64,000 nucleotides of DNA from Phoronis australis (Eukaryota; Animalia; Phoronida), in NCBI GenBank assembly GCA_002633005.1, contig NMRA01000094.1, positions 770,597 to 834,596 on the forward strand. The letters are read 5' to 3'. Under the pieces are notes generated by a model. The model was not told where the DNA came from and did no database searches. It saw only the letters and a list, made by a program, of their open reading frames with translations. This document shows, piece after piece, positions 24,668-37,580 of this stretch. Every line of letters starts with the position of its first letter. The stretch's first letter is position 1. A program made the translations under genes and the position numbers.

Positions 24668-26180
24668 TTTTTATGTGCCCACATATTTATATGTGGACGC
24701 ATTATGCCGTCATCTCCGTCCGTCCGGGCGGCGTCCGTCCGGCATCCGGCGTCCGCTGCTTTATCTCCAAAACCCTTTGACATACGTTCATGAAATTTGG
24801 CACATGTGTTCCATTCATGAATGGGACGGCATGTGCGAACTTTCGGACGGATCCGACTACCAGTGTGCCCCCTAGTGGCAATTTTAGTTTTTTACGCTTA
24901 CCTTTGTATCTTCAAAAGTCCTAAACGGATTTTCATGAAATTTGATATGTAGGCACCTATTAGTGAGATGACGCTATCCTGCCGTTTTCAGATGGATTCG
25001 ACATAGTTTGCGTCACCTAGTGGCCATTTTTAGTGTTTTCGAGTCTGTTTTTGTGCGTCCTCCCCTCTATCAACCAAACCGCTCAAAGGATGATTGTGAA
25101 AATTGGCATGTATATGCTTACTATGTAGAGGACGGATGACGATGATTTTCCGACGATTTCGACTACTGTGGCGCCTCCTAGTGGTAGTTTTGTTTTTTTT
25201 GCGCCTATGGCTGTATCTCCTAAACCGTTCGCAGGATTTTTACGAAATTGTGTAAGTATATTTATATGATGTTAACAATAGAAGATGATGACTTTTGGAC
25301 GGATCCGACTACCGGTGTGCCCCCTAGTGGCAATTTTAGTTTTTTACGCTTACCTTTGTATCTTCAAAAGTCCTGAACGGATTTTCATGAAATTTGGTAT
25401 GTAGGCACCTATTAGTGAGATGACACTATCCTCTCGTTTTCAGATGGATTCGACATAGTTTGCGCCACCTAGTGGCCATTTTTACTGTTTTCGAGTCTGT
25501 TTTTTGGCGTCCACCCCTCTATCAACCAAACCGCTACAAGTATGATTGTGAAAATTGCCATGTATGTTCTTACTATGAAGAGGACAGTTGACGCTGAATT
25601 TCCCATGACTTTGATTACTGTGGCGCCTCCTAGTGAGTTTTTTTTTTGCGCCCGTGGCTGTATCTCCCAAACCGTTTGCAGGATCTTTACTAAATTTAGC
25701 AAGTGTATTTATGTGATGTTGACAATGGACGATGACGACTTTAGGATGATTCTGAGTACCGGTATGCCTCTAGTGTCAATTTTAGTATTTTACATTGACC
25801 TCTGTATTTTCATAGGTCTTCAGGTGTATGCTTTGTGTTACTTCGTGACTTTGAAGGAAATTAAAGTTCCAAGTAGAAATTTGTTTCTGGCATTCTAATG
25901 CTGTGCTAATCTCGTATGTCGGTAAATTTGTTTTTAATCCTATGTTTCTGTGGTGCTTTAAGCAACTGGTGTATAGGATGTGCTTGTATTATGAAGATCA
26001 CTTACATTTTGCCCCTAGCCTATTGAGGAGACAATGACCATGCTTTTCCAATTTGAAAAGTACAACATAGTACATATATGCCCTCTACTGGCCACTTTAT
26101 GGTACCAATAAACAACCCTAGAAGGATACCGTATGCGGTGCACTTGTGGGCGCATTTCAACGCTCTGCGTTGCTTTTGTT
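24668..26180 (+). mobile_element. Complete Helentron-associated non-autonomous element (HINE/DINE-1-like) with a central ~452-bp higher-order tandem array
   Basis: In order: T-tract, subTIR ATGTGCCCAC (24673), nearby inverted copy (24693), (GTCC)n microsatellite, central repeats, 3' subTIR GTGGGCGCAT (26146), hairpin CAACGC-tct-GCGTTG (26158-26172), TT end. Confidence 0.85.
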
Positions 26181-26530
26181 ACATTTGCCTCTGTATCTTC
26201 AGTGTTCCTTGATGTTTTGTCTTAGAGGATCTACCGGTATGTGAAATTTGACAAATGTGTTCCTATTAACTTGACAACAGATGCAGGGATCTGACTGTCA
26301 CTATGTCTCCTAGTGGAATGTTTTTACTTTTGCCTCTGTATGGACTGAGTTCCAAAACAAATTTTCCTGAAATTCTGGCAAATAGTTTTCTGTTAGGGGA
26401 ACAATGATGCCTTCCAGTTTCCAGACAAGTTCAGTGTATTGCACACCATCTGATATTAATTAATACCCCTAGAAGCTTACCATTTGTGTTGCAGTCATTG
26501 GTACATTTCAACAGGGGTGCTCTTGTTATT
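26181..26530 (+). mobile_element. 3' remainder of an older, diverged copy of the same HINE family (its 5' part lies at ~24540-24667)
   Basis: The monomer sequence resumes after 26180 (acatttgcctctgtatcttc) and ends in a degenerate 3' box (ggtacatttcaac...ctcttgtt). Confidence 0.65.
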
Positions 26531-29500
26531 ATTTTCAAACCTGATTCTTTGCCTCAGCCTCTCTTTTCATAGAACTTCACAATGAAGGACTTTTAAGAAA
26601 ATTTTGGATGTTTTCCTAATGAAAACACTATGACAAACGTTAATTTTCTGACCGATCTTACTACTGTGGCACCCCCTAGTGTCAGTTTTGTTGTGTTGCA
26701 TTCATTAAGAGAGATTTTTATATGACGTGTCCAGGCCCAAGCTGTGTTGACTTGTAGTCACCTGGAAGTTATCAAACATTACATACCTGAACGAAGCAAA
26801 CTTAGACGAACTAACAGAAAGACACATCAAAACTTTCATGTTCAAGTAAATATGTAAAGTTTATACAGTTTCTTTTAACTTTAATAAAGGATCATTGTAC
26901 TTGGTAAAACATCAAATTGAAATATACATGTGATCAAGTTTTGTCGACAACAAGTGAATTCATTGGTCCCAAGAGCATGTCTTCCTCTCCAAACCTTGTG
27001 TAACTTTCACTTCTGTAGCCCAAGTTGGTGGTAGTCATTAGTTAACCTGATGAAGTCATCCATCAGCTCTGTTCACTCCTGTAGCCCAAGTTAGTGGTAG
27101 TCAAGTTTACCTGTTGAAGTCATCCATCAACTCTATTCCCTCCATCATGGTGTTATCATGTATTTGAATTTTGACTCTCTGTAAAGAGCCCCAAAACAAC
27201 CAAACTATATTCAATGATGATGGTGTGAAAGTTTTTACTGAGAACTTGACCACTTCTCTGTCATCGTCCTGTCGCTTTACCCCATGTCAAGTATGCTTTC
27301 AACTTTTCATTTTGAAGATAATTTGCCCTTTGTTCTCACTCATGTTTTCCTATTCCAGGTTGAGCTACACCTCCCTTTATGAACCTCATTTGAACCATGA
27401 CACACCTCAAGGTTCCACTGTGTATACACTTGCTATACCCAGACTTGATTTGATAACGAAAAAAGTCAACATTGCTTTTTGCTTCCTGGCTTATTTTATC
27501 AGTCACACAAGGTTGGCGTCTGTACACATGTGAATTACAGTGCGCATAACTGTCGTAGTTCTTATTGTTAGTAGCAGTGGCCTGCCCAGTGGACAAATGC
27601 AGTGTTATAGGTGTTTGACAAGGGAACCATAGAGAAACATCCATATGAATGATAACTGAGTAGACTTGAAATGGAGACATTTGCTGCAGAGAGTAAGTAT
27701 AGATATTTAGACATAAACTGTGTTTTATTTGTTGCAGTTTCTTCTCTTCTTAATTGGAGTTATAGACTAGTCTAGTCCAGTCTTTTGTGTCGAGGTACAA
27801 ATTGTGTAAATTGTTGCTGTCACTTCAGGTAGACAAAATGCCAGAGTACATAGATAGGTTGGCCTAAAGTCTTGTGCTTTGTTGCTTGTTTATTTTGTAT
27901 GGCAGATATTGAAATTCTGTGCACTATCCATCACAGTAGTCATACTAACCAAGCTAGTTGACAGGTTTTTGTAAATCCTGAAAGTTTTTAGTTGCAGTAG
28001 AATTTAGTATGTGGGATGATACTGAAGATTTTGGGAGTGTTTGTATTGGAGTTGTACATATTGATTTGTATTTAATGTTTTAATCTATACAGCCTTAATA
28101 GTAAAGAGGCTTTAGTAACATAGTTGAAGAAAGGTTTGTGAAAATGTTAGACAATGCACACAGTACTTTGAGGCAGAACTGGTCAAGGATAGCACTTATG
28201 CTGTTCATTGTGTTCAAATTACTGTCAAGTACCCTGGGTACCAATATCTCTGGGAGGTCACTACCCTGTCTATGAATGTTAGTTACTATATAATGCACAG
28301 TAAGATGTAATATGGTTTCCTGTAACGCCATGTCTCTACAATAATAACCTAGTGCAGTGTAACAACAATTTGTCTTGGAGTCATAACAACTCCATCATTA
28401 GCACCACTGGTCATGGATGCCCTGATAAATTGGGAAACCCATATTTGGACACCCTATTTTTGAAATCGTGGATGAACATCTGCTGCATTCTATCCACAAA
28501 CTGCTTGAAGAATCATCTTGAATGTTGGTGCAAGTTTTCCTCGTGACGAGAGCATTACAATTTTAGTTTTATTTGCATCTGCATCAGTAACTACAAAGTT
28601 GTTTGATTCATAATTTTTGGACTGAAAAAATTACTGCATTACGGCGTTTTCCCGTTGCTCCCAACTTGTTCAATTCTATAGCCCAGCAACAAGTTGGGAA
28701 GTTTACCCCAGTAGCCAATATCTTACACGACTGATTAACTCCATTCTGGCATTCATGGTTGGAGGGCCAGCTCTCTTTTGTTCGATAATTGCTCTAATCT
28801 TCAATAATATCATATCTAGCCTGACTGGGCTGGGCTGTGCTGTTAAAAATTGAAGTTAAGTTATTACATATTTGAACATAAACCAATAGCATTTCTGAAA
28901 TCTTCGTCAAATGATGATCAGGTTTAGTTTTTGAAACGCCAAAGTTGCCCAACTGCAACCGAAGTTACGATAATCTTTCTGAACGTACCGATTCACTCTG
29001 GGTTTGACTGTGTTCACACTTGGTCTGTAATAAGCCTGGTAGGTAATTGGCCTGCCTGTTGTCATAACAGACAAAAGACTGTGCTTGGCAGTTAACAAAA
29101 TAGCTAGAAGTTATCACACGCTCAGAACCCCCTTCGTCTGGTAAAGTCACTGAACGGGAAAACGCTGTCGTGTAAATATTTGAAAGATGGCTCATCAGGG
29201 ATGTGCTGCTTGCCATGTCACAGCAAAGTTGCCGGATTTTTTGCATGTTGCAACCAACCCCCAAGTCAGAAACGTGCTTTTCCATAGGTCAGAGGTCAAG
29301 GGAAATCTGTCGTCATTGTATGCATGATCCATCTCTATTTTTTGTTTGACTGAAAAAGCACCATCAGGGTGTCTTTAGAAATTGCCAACTACAGAGAAAT
29401 GTCCATAAATAGGCCCATGTGCTAATATTTGGAAAATGAGCTTTCATAAACGTCAAATGAAATTGACTGTACTCTCGGGCGTATTTTCGGAAAAGGAGGC

Positions 29501-31326
29501 ATATTCTCGAAAAATGTATCATTAAAACTGTCGTTCATACTGTGCTAATACTGTTAGTTATCAATAAAGTCACCCAAAATTATATACATAAAAGCATACT
29601 ACATATAGAGCAATTCAGCAAATTTTCAAAACATGCAGTTAATGAAAAAACTTCCATGCATGTACTTTTGGGTGGGTCTATTTTCAAAAATTCCCGGTAT
29701 GTGTCATTTGTGAGTGCCAAGACTTTTTGAACAGCCCCATAGGGTTGCCTTGTTTTGGGAGCTCCCCATTTCCCATTTTGCCAGGTTGCATTTGGTGAAT
29801 TGGCGTTGCGCTAATTGCATGGAGTCTACCCTTATTTCTTTAGTGTATGAGGTGCACTCAGTGTGCATCGTTTATGTAAGTCAATATTGCTGACATAGTA
29901 GTTTTTTGAAAATAAGCCCTGAGGTGAAGCGGTCATATCACTACAATTACTGAATAAACCTTTCATGCCGTGAATAATACGCTTACAGTCGAAAGTCACG
30001 CATTTCTAAAGATATGCGTGACTTTTCACCTCTCGTCCTTCGGAGCGGCTTTTACCGGGATCAAAGAGAGCGCTGCGCCAGAGTCGGACTCAGTTGCGAT
30101 GACCGCATTGTCCGGTGCGAGCAAGACCCAATTAAGTGTAATTACCTGACCATAAACTGTAGTAAACACCTCTGCCTGTACATACTGGCGAATTTTCAAA
30201 ATGCATTAACCAACAATTTTCGTTAAAAACAAATACCACAGCTGCCTTCAGATGGAAAAAACAAACAAAGTTTGGTTTTCGATGTTTAAAAATCGAACTA
30301 TTAATCTAAAAACTACATACATTGGGTACGATTGAAGATAAACGACTGTGCATATTGATATACTCGGTGATTTACAAACACTGATCAGAGTTAACAATAT
30401 CACATGAATTATTCTTTTAATATACAACTAAGCTACATTGAAACATCTATGAACAACACACAGCGACTATAGATGTAAAAAAATTTTTAAAACATCGCTT
30501 ATGGCCCAGTGCATGCCGAACTACTTTACAACAGGAGTATTACACTAACCGGAAAACTGCTATTCTCGGAAATGCGTCAGTATCGATAGTTAGCTTGTAG
30601 TTGTAATGGAACACGGGTGAAGACAACTAAGATGGCTAGCTTTGTAGTCAACCAGAGAGTGCAAGCAGTGGATGAGGCTGGTCGGTGGGCAAGAGCAGTG
30701 ATTTCATTTCTTATGACTGAGGAAAAGCTAGAATAGTTATGTTGTTACTGCAACAAAAATTGTCCAGAGGTTCCAAATCTTCAGTTTGGCTATCACCATA
30801 TTTACACATTTGTATATATTTCATGATTGAGTTCTAATAAAGGTTGAACTTGAACTAATGGCACGTGGAGTTTCGTTTGCTGTGACATGTCTGGTGTAGC
30901 TGTACTCTGGAAAATTCAGGGATGGGTTCACAATTAACTGACTTCTAAGTTGTTTTGATGCTTCGGTTAAACACAAAATAAAAAGATAGCAACCCTAACT
31001 GGTAAGAAAAAAAGCAAGTAGACAGGAGTATTAAAATAAAGTAATGAAAACAGGTATGAAACATGTTTAAAACCAACGTTCCTTTGGGCCCTTCGTAAAG
31101 ATCAATGCAAATTAACTTTTTAGTCTTCTTGTAATATTTAAAATGTTCTAAGTTAAAACTGCTCTCCATATTGCAGGCTTTAACTCTGTGCAAATGCCAG
31201 CTAGAGAAAAAACAATTTGGGTGTAATAATGACCACCATTGTTTAGAAAGTAGTGCTAGCTATTACCTTCCACTTCATTAGCTCAGATCTATGTCAATAC
31301 AAAGGGCGTGGTGAATAGGGATGTAA

Positions 31327-31502
31327 AAGTTGTCTGGGGCTCATAGGGACTCAGAGCGGTGACCAGTGTAAGCGAGAAATTCTCCACATGTTATTCAAGT
31401 CATTATGACCTCATAAGTTGTCTGGGGCTCATAGGGACTCAGAGCGGTGACCAGTGTAAGCGAGAAATTCTCCACATGTTATTCAAGTCATTATGACCTC
31501 AT
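31327..31502. repeat. Exact 88-bp tandem duplication
   Basis: aagttgtctggggctc...tatgacctcat starts at 31327 and 31415. Confidence 0.95.
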
Positions 31503-32469
31503 CACAGTCTAAGAATAAGTTGCATATTTATCTCAGGTACTAGCTGTTATTAAAGTGTATATTTTCAGACTCCACTTTTGGCAAAAAAATTTGTTCAAGT
31601 TCACAAATTGTATGGAGCTTAAGACCATATTTCTGACTCAAGGCTGACATAAAATCATATTTACAAAATTTCATTTAAAATATTTCATTTCCATCTGCTC
31701 ATCGATTTGATAAAGTAAAAACATGAACCCTATTAGTGGCCAATTTTGATTTTTTTGGGTATTTGGACAAAATTGCCCCCCCCCCCATGGAGGCCACATT
31801 ACTTGCTACCAGCCGGTCCAAGTCCACAACTATTTCTTAGATAGAAAAATCACATAACAAAAACTAATGTGGTGCTATTGATTAGTGACATTGAGAAGAC
31901 TTAAGGAAGTGGCTGAACTTCAGGAGGCACTGCTAGATTTTGCCAGACGGTGCTCTATAGAAAAATCTTTTATTAACAAAATGAAAAGCTGCGAGATGTT
32001 TCACACTGAAGCCACTATGTATGACCACAGAAACTTTATTGTGTGTCATATTTTTGGCCCTTTTACTTCTATCGAAAAAGGAAACGAGGCTTCGAAAATG
32101 TTGGCAATAATGCAAAGTTCACAATTTTCTGCCTAAAATCACCGCTTGGCCTGCCAATGCTTGACGTAAACCAACATTTAATTCTAAAAACAAATTTCCT
32201 GTAGATTTCAAAATTGTGGTTTGTAAGTGCTGTCATTTTACTAGACTTTTGCATTTCTGGATTCTTTGAGGGCAACCTGAAATCGCAACAGAATTCTCAT
32301 TCACTATGTAGAAATGTGTTGGGTGACCATTTTGAAGAAAAGTGTATTTACAGCTGAACTACTGGAATTTTCTTGTTCCCAACATGTTCAAAAATACAAG
32401 CAATATCAGATTCATTGAACTTGCTAGTGTCTGCCTCAAAACTGCGGCCAAACCTAGCCTGCCTCAAAT

Positions 32470-33355
32470 ATTTAAGTTACAAGGACTGCAAATTACCAGT
32501 GAATTGTGAATACAGTATACAACTGTACAGCGCCACCTGGAGTCTCTTTTCATGACACAGACATTGATGTACTAATCAGTGTTATGAATCTATACTGTGT
32601 GGGTTGTATACTGGTCATCATTATATAGGATATACCTATATCTAATCATCCAAGTGATTAGAGACTGTCTCATGTTTCATGATCAATAATATATCTAGCT
32701 CCTGGAAGATTGCTTGGTACTTGTATCATTCAATGCAACACTATTGGCGTCTATATTGCCAGCTGTCACAGAGAACTATGTCNCAAAAACTCATTCAATT
32801 TTCCCACCCTCTTCCTCCCAGTTTTCGTCATTCTCTCGTACTTCCACGTGGCCGGCGCTTTATATTGCCCATCTTACCAGAGATTACCTATTATACTTAT
32901 TTATCTGTATTCGTTTTGTTGTAATTGTACTAGTCATAATAAATGACCTTATATCGCCTACATCAGTCTCCTTTCATCTCTGGTAACGAGCTTGCGACGC
33001 ACGTATCATTTATCTATTATCCGGGACATATGTCGATCATAAATTTAAGTTACAAGGACTGCAAATTACCAGTGAATTGTGAATACAGTATACAACTGTA
33101 CAGCGCCACCTGGTGTCTCTTTTCATGACATAGACATTGATGTACTAATCAGTGTTATGAATCTATACTGTGTGGGTTGTATACTGGTCATCATTATATA
33201 GGATATACCTATATCTAATCATCCAAGTGATTAGAGACTGTCTCATGTTTCATGATCAATAATATATCTAGCTCCTGGAAGATTGCTTGGTACTTGTATC
33301 ATTCAATGCAACACTATTGGCATCTATATTGCCAGCTGTCACAGAGAACTATGTC
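32470..33355. repeat. 313-bp direct duplication (32470-32782 and 33043-33355) around a single-N join and an LTR-like fragment; probable uncollapsed haplotypes
   Basis: Copies differ at 3 positions by eye; N at 32783. Confidence 0.85.
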
Positions 33356-34078
33356 TGAGTTGGCTTAGTTGGAATTGTTTGATGAGGTATGTTAGTTACG
33401 AATTAGAAAATACTGATTCGATCTGGTCTGTTAATAAAATTATCAAGGTTTGACATGGTCTGTTTATGCTATTGACTAGAAAGTGCAAACTATTTTGATG
33501 TCTTGTGACTACATAACTAGATGCTACTAACTCTGGTTTTGATGTAGTGGGCTTGAATACAGTACTAATAGATACTACTAACTGGAAAATTTAATGTGCT
33601 ATATTAATACTACTAACTAGATATTAATAACTGGAGGGTTTGATATTTTTTATCCCTATGCGTTGAATAAGTTGAGCGCAATTGGGCCATGCTGTATCGT
33701 TTTCGGTATTGCACTCGTGTGACTACTTTAACAGTGCCTTCTTACATGGAAAGATCAAAAGGTAGGTTAATGTCGACGCAATGTCGTTTACCTGTTCGAT
33801 CATCAAACTTTCCCAAAATAATTTAAAGTAATAAAGTTGCAGCAGTATCAATAACGCTCAATATGCGTCCCAAACTTAACATACTGGTACAAAACTATTT
33901 TAATTATATGACACTTCTGTCTCAGTTTTAGTTGCTAAATATCATATAGTCTGTAACTCGGGCGCCGATTCCTTGGTAACTACAATGTTAAATATTGTTA
34001 TTTAATTATTTTCAGGAAAAGTTAAAAGTTCAATGCACAATTACCGTTGTTTTCATCTTCATTATCTCTTTTCAAGTA

Positions 34079-35524
34079 CTGTATTCGCCCTAATAAGTGC
34101 CCATGCCCCTATAAGCGCCCCCACGCGTTTTCAGACTTTGCTAAAATAAGCGCCCAGTCCATGAAAGCCGTGTACATGCGAAAAATGCCTTACCTACAGT
34201 TCTAAAATTCTACAGTAACGTCTTCAATTTATCAATAAGATCCGACAGCCTGAAAAAATCATTGTGCGCGGAATTTGTAGAGCACGAGCTTCGCTGCTAT
34301 GTCGGTATTTAGCATATACACTTCAAACTAATCTGCCTTGCTTCAAAAAGAACGCAGTTTTGCTGATCTTGCGAGGAACGTGTCCTATTATGGTCTGGCC
34401 TTTCAGAAGAGATGCAGCGTACTTGTCAAAGATTGTGTATCTTTCCGGTACATCTTCTCCCTCGACAGGAATTCAAATTTCTTTGCACAGTCTTGAAAAC
34501 CACGAATCAAAGACTAATAAAAACTTGACCTTTGTTCAGTTAAAAGCAGGTGGCCAGGTCCAAGCCCCGCTACATGCAAGTACGTGTCATCGTAGATCAG
34601 TCTTCGGGAACATAAATTGTCTATTCATGAAACGGATAGCATAGCATCGGCAAGAAATAAATACTGGCACTTATTTCCGAAAGTTTCTAATGCCGTAAAA
34701 TACTTTTGCGTTATTTTTAAGGGGAAATTATTACATTAGTCATAATTGTTTTTTTTATGTCGGAATAACTCACTGATAGTGAACACTTCCGTACCCTTAC
34801 ACCGCCTGTCACTCATCCAGTCACCCGGCTACTCAATGACATCGGCCTTATCGAGACAATTCTCAGACGTTTTATAGCAGATGAGATCAACAAGTTTTAA
34901 ATAAAACACATTCTGCTTTACTGCTTGTGTTAATTTCCTTAGTTACAATGCATACCTAGATCATTACAAATGAGCTCTGATAACACTCGCTCACTCACTC
35001 ACGCAATACACAGACGAACTTCGAAACAAACATCACGTGACAACAACGTGTGTTTGTCCAGAGATTTTTCTCGTGTTGCGGAGTACAATTAGTGCTGATT
35101 TAGACTTAATATGCAGTTAATCCCGACTGATCACAGGAACTTAAAAATCTTAGGGATGCTATTTTGAAAACTTAGGAGGACTTCAGGTAATTTGTTGAGT
35201 CGAAACTATATTTTTACTCAAGAATTCAGATTGACCTGTCGGCGATCGCGAGGCAGCAACGCATCGGTCGGCAAGTTTTGGCACTGGGATTTTCAGAAAA
35301 GTTCTCGTAATTTAACAATTAAGTTATCAGATAACAATGCACTGCAGTTTTGTAGAAACTCATTGGTTACAGATGTGTCACAGAGCATAAATTTGATGAA
35401 TTCTAGCTTATGATTTCATCTGTTTCCGAGACCGGGTTTCAACCACTTTTGGGCTATAATAAGTGCCCCCTTTTCTGAAGCGCATTTTTCTAAGCATCCT
35501 GGGCACTTATTAGGGCGAATATGG
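34079..35524. mobile_element. Tc1/mariner (pogo/Tigger-like) non-autonomous element, TA TSD
   Basis: TA-CTGTATTCGCCCTAATAAGTGCCC...GGGCACTTATTAGGGCGAATATGG-TA, with subterminal TAAGYGCCC repeats. Confidence 0.85.
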
Positions 35525-35847
35525 TAATAGATCATTACATTTAAAACTGTTTTCTTTTATTATAGAAAACTTGTAACATAATGCACAAGTACATACATAT
35601 AGGATGTAATTCGCTGTGTCAAGTGTCTGGCTGAATTATCTTAAAAAATCTGAAATAATGAAAGAAACTTAAGAAATCGAAGAGTACAGGATAAATACAA
35701 AACGTACCTCGATTAGTGAAGATGAAGTAATATCTACTCGACATTATTCCGTGTCTTGGCTTCGACCTTTGGTCTCAGTTTATAGTTGGAATAATGTCTC
35801 GTGTTAAAATCTACGCCACTCTGATTACGTTTTGTGAATGTATATTA

Positions 35848-37177
35848 CCGTAATCGTTCGGGTTAACGCCCTGGTTGGTTAAATTGGCGAATCCAAAAAA
35901 TCAGGGGAGGGCNNNNNNNNNNNNNNNNNNNNNNNNNNNNNNNNNNNNNNNNNNNNNNNNNNNNNNNNNNNNNNNNNNNNNNNNNNNNNNNNNNNNNNNN
36001 NNNNNNNNNNNNNNNNNNNNNNNNNNNNNNNNNNNNNNNNNNNNNNNNNNNNNNNNNNNNNNNNNNNNNNNNNNNNNNNNNNNNNNNNNNNNNNNNNNNN
36101 NNNNNNNNNNNNNNNNNNNNNNNNNNNNNNNNNNNNNNNNNNNNNNNNNNNNNNNNNNNNNNNNNNNNNNNNNNNNNNNNNNNNNNNNNNNNNNNNNNNN
36201 NNNNNNNNNNNNNNNNNNNNNNNNNNNNNNNNNNNNNNNNNNNNNNNNNNNNNNNNNNNNNNNNNNNNNNNNNNNNNNNNNNNNNNNNNNNNNNNNNNNN
36301 NNNNNNNNNNNNNNNNNNNNNNNNNNNNNNNNNNNNNNNNNNNNNNNNNNNNNNNNNNNNNNNNNNNNNNNNNNNNNNNNNNNNNNNNNNNNNNNNNNNN
36401 NNNNNNNNNNNNNNNNNNNNNNNNNNNNNNNNNNNNNNNNNNNNNNNNNNNNNNNNNNNNNNNNNNNNNNNNNNNNNNNNNNNNNNNNNNNNNNNNNNNN
36501 NNNNNNNNNNNNNNNNNNNNNNNNNNNNNNNNNNNNNNNNNNNNNNNNNNNNNNNNNNNNNNNNNNNNNNNNNNNNNNNNNNNNNNNNNNNNNNNNNNNN
36601 NNNNNNNNNNNNNNNNNNNNNNNNNNNNNNNNNNNNNNNNNNNNNNNNNNNNNNNNNNNNNNNNNNNNNNNNNNNNNNNNNNNNNNNNNNNNNNNNNNNN
36701 NNNNNNNNNNNNNNNNNNNNNNNNNNNNNNNNNNNNNNNNNNNNNNNNNNNNNNNNNNNNNNNNNNNNNNNNNNNNNNNNNNNNNNNNNNNNNNNNNNNN
36801 NNNNNNNNNNNNNNNNNNNNNNNNNNNNNNNNNNNNNNNNNNNNNGAGTTCATGACCCAAGACAATAACTCGTTACCTGTATTGTAATTCAGATTGCTAA
36901 ACCACCGTCTCGGAGTCCCGGCGTCGTTGCACTCATTGTGATCGTCGATCTTTTTCTAAAAGTCGGGGAATCGCGCGTTTCCTTAGCAATAGGCGCTAAA
37001 TCTTCATTCTTTAAAAGTCGGGGATGGGCGCTTAACCGAGAGGTGGGCGCTTAACTGGAAATCTTCAAAAGTCGCAGGGGGGCGCTTAACCGAGCAGTGG
37101 GCGGTTAAATCGAAAATCCACTTAAAGTCTGGGATGGGCGGTTAACTGAGCATGGGCGTTAACCCAAACGATTACGG
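35848..37177. mobile_element. Tc1/mariner-type non-autonomous element spanning the gap, TA TSD
   Basis: 24-bp TIR CCGTAATCGTTYGGGTTAACGCCC at both ends, TA flanks, subterminal GGGCGSTTAA repeats. Confidence 0.85.
35913..36845. other. Assembly gap
   Basis: N run. Confidence 1.
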
Positions 37178-37352
37178 TATATTAAGTGCCGTTTCATAAT
37201 TGACCTATCGCCAAGATTATGACGGACGGCTTAATTGGCCTATCAGAACGCAGCATTCTTGGCACACCTTCGTCTGCGTTTCCAAGCCGCCATTTTACCC
37301 GACAAACCACACGAAGTCGAGTAAAACTAGCTCAAGAAATTGTCCGCTAAGA

Positions 37353-37580
37353 ATGGGGAAACGGTGTTGATATGACGTGTGTAGCACCGACAGCCGTTAT
37401 GCTGCTCCAGAATAATATCCCGTCATTTTTGGCATGTCCTAAGCTGAAAAATGATGTTGAAAAGCATATTAAACTATGGATCAAACTGTACGGCCACACG
37501 AGCAGCTGCACTTAGCGATGTTGCTTGATAACTCGAAGGCTATTATAAACACAAATATATTAGTTCCAAGATACGCACTT
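37353..37580 (+). pseudogene. Decayed THAP zinc-finger domain relic (transposon-derived)
   Basis: Reading across stops and frameshifts gives MGKRC*YDVCSTDSRY...FLACPKLKNDVEKHIKLWIKL...RPHEQL, matching the THAP pattern M.KRC..G.C..DSRY...FPK...W...CGRP. Confidence 0.55.

Noticed and set aside
27336-27420. GGVAQPGIGK on the minus strand as a P-loop NTPase motif
   Set aside because: It is followed by HE-stop rather than T/S, spacing is non-canonical, and there is no supporting domain context.
28550-30620. CpG-richer stretch that looks transposon-derived
   Set aside because: No termini, TSD or recognisable coding remnant could be found by eye, so it is not called.
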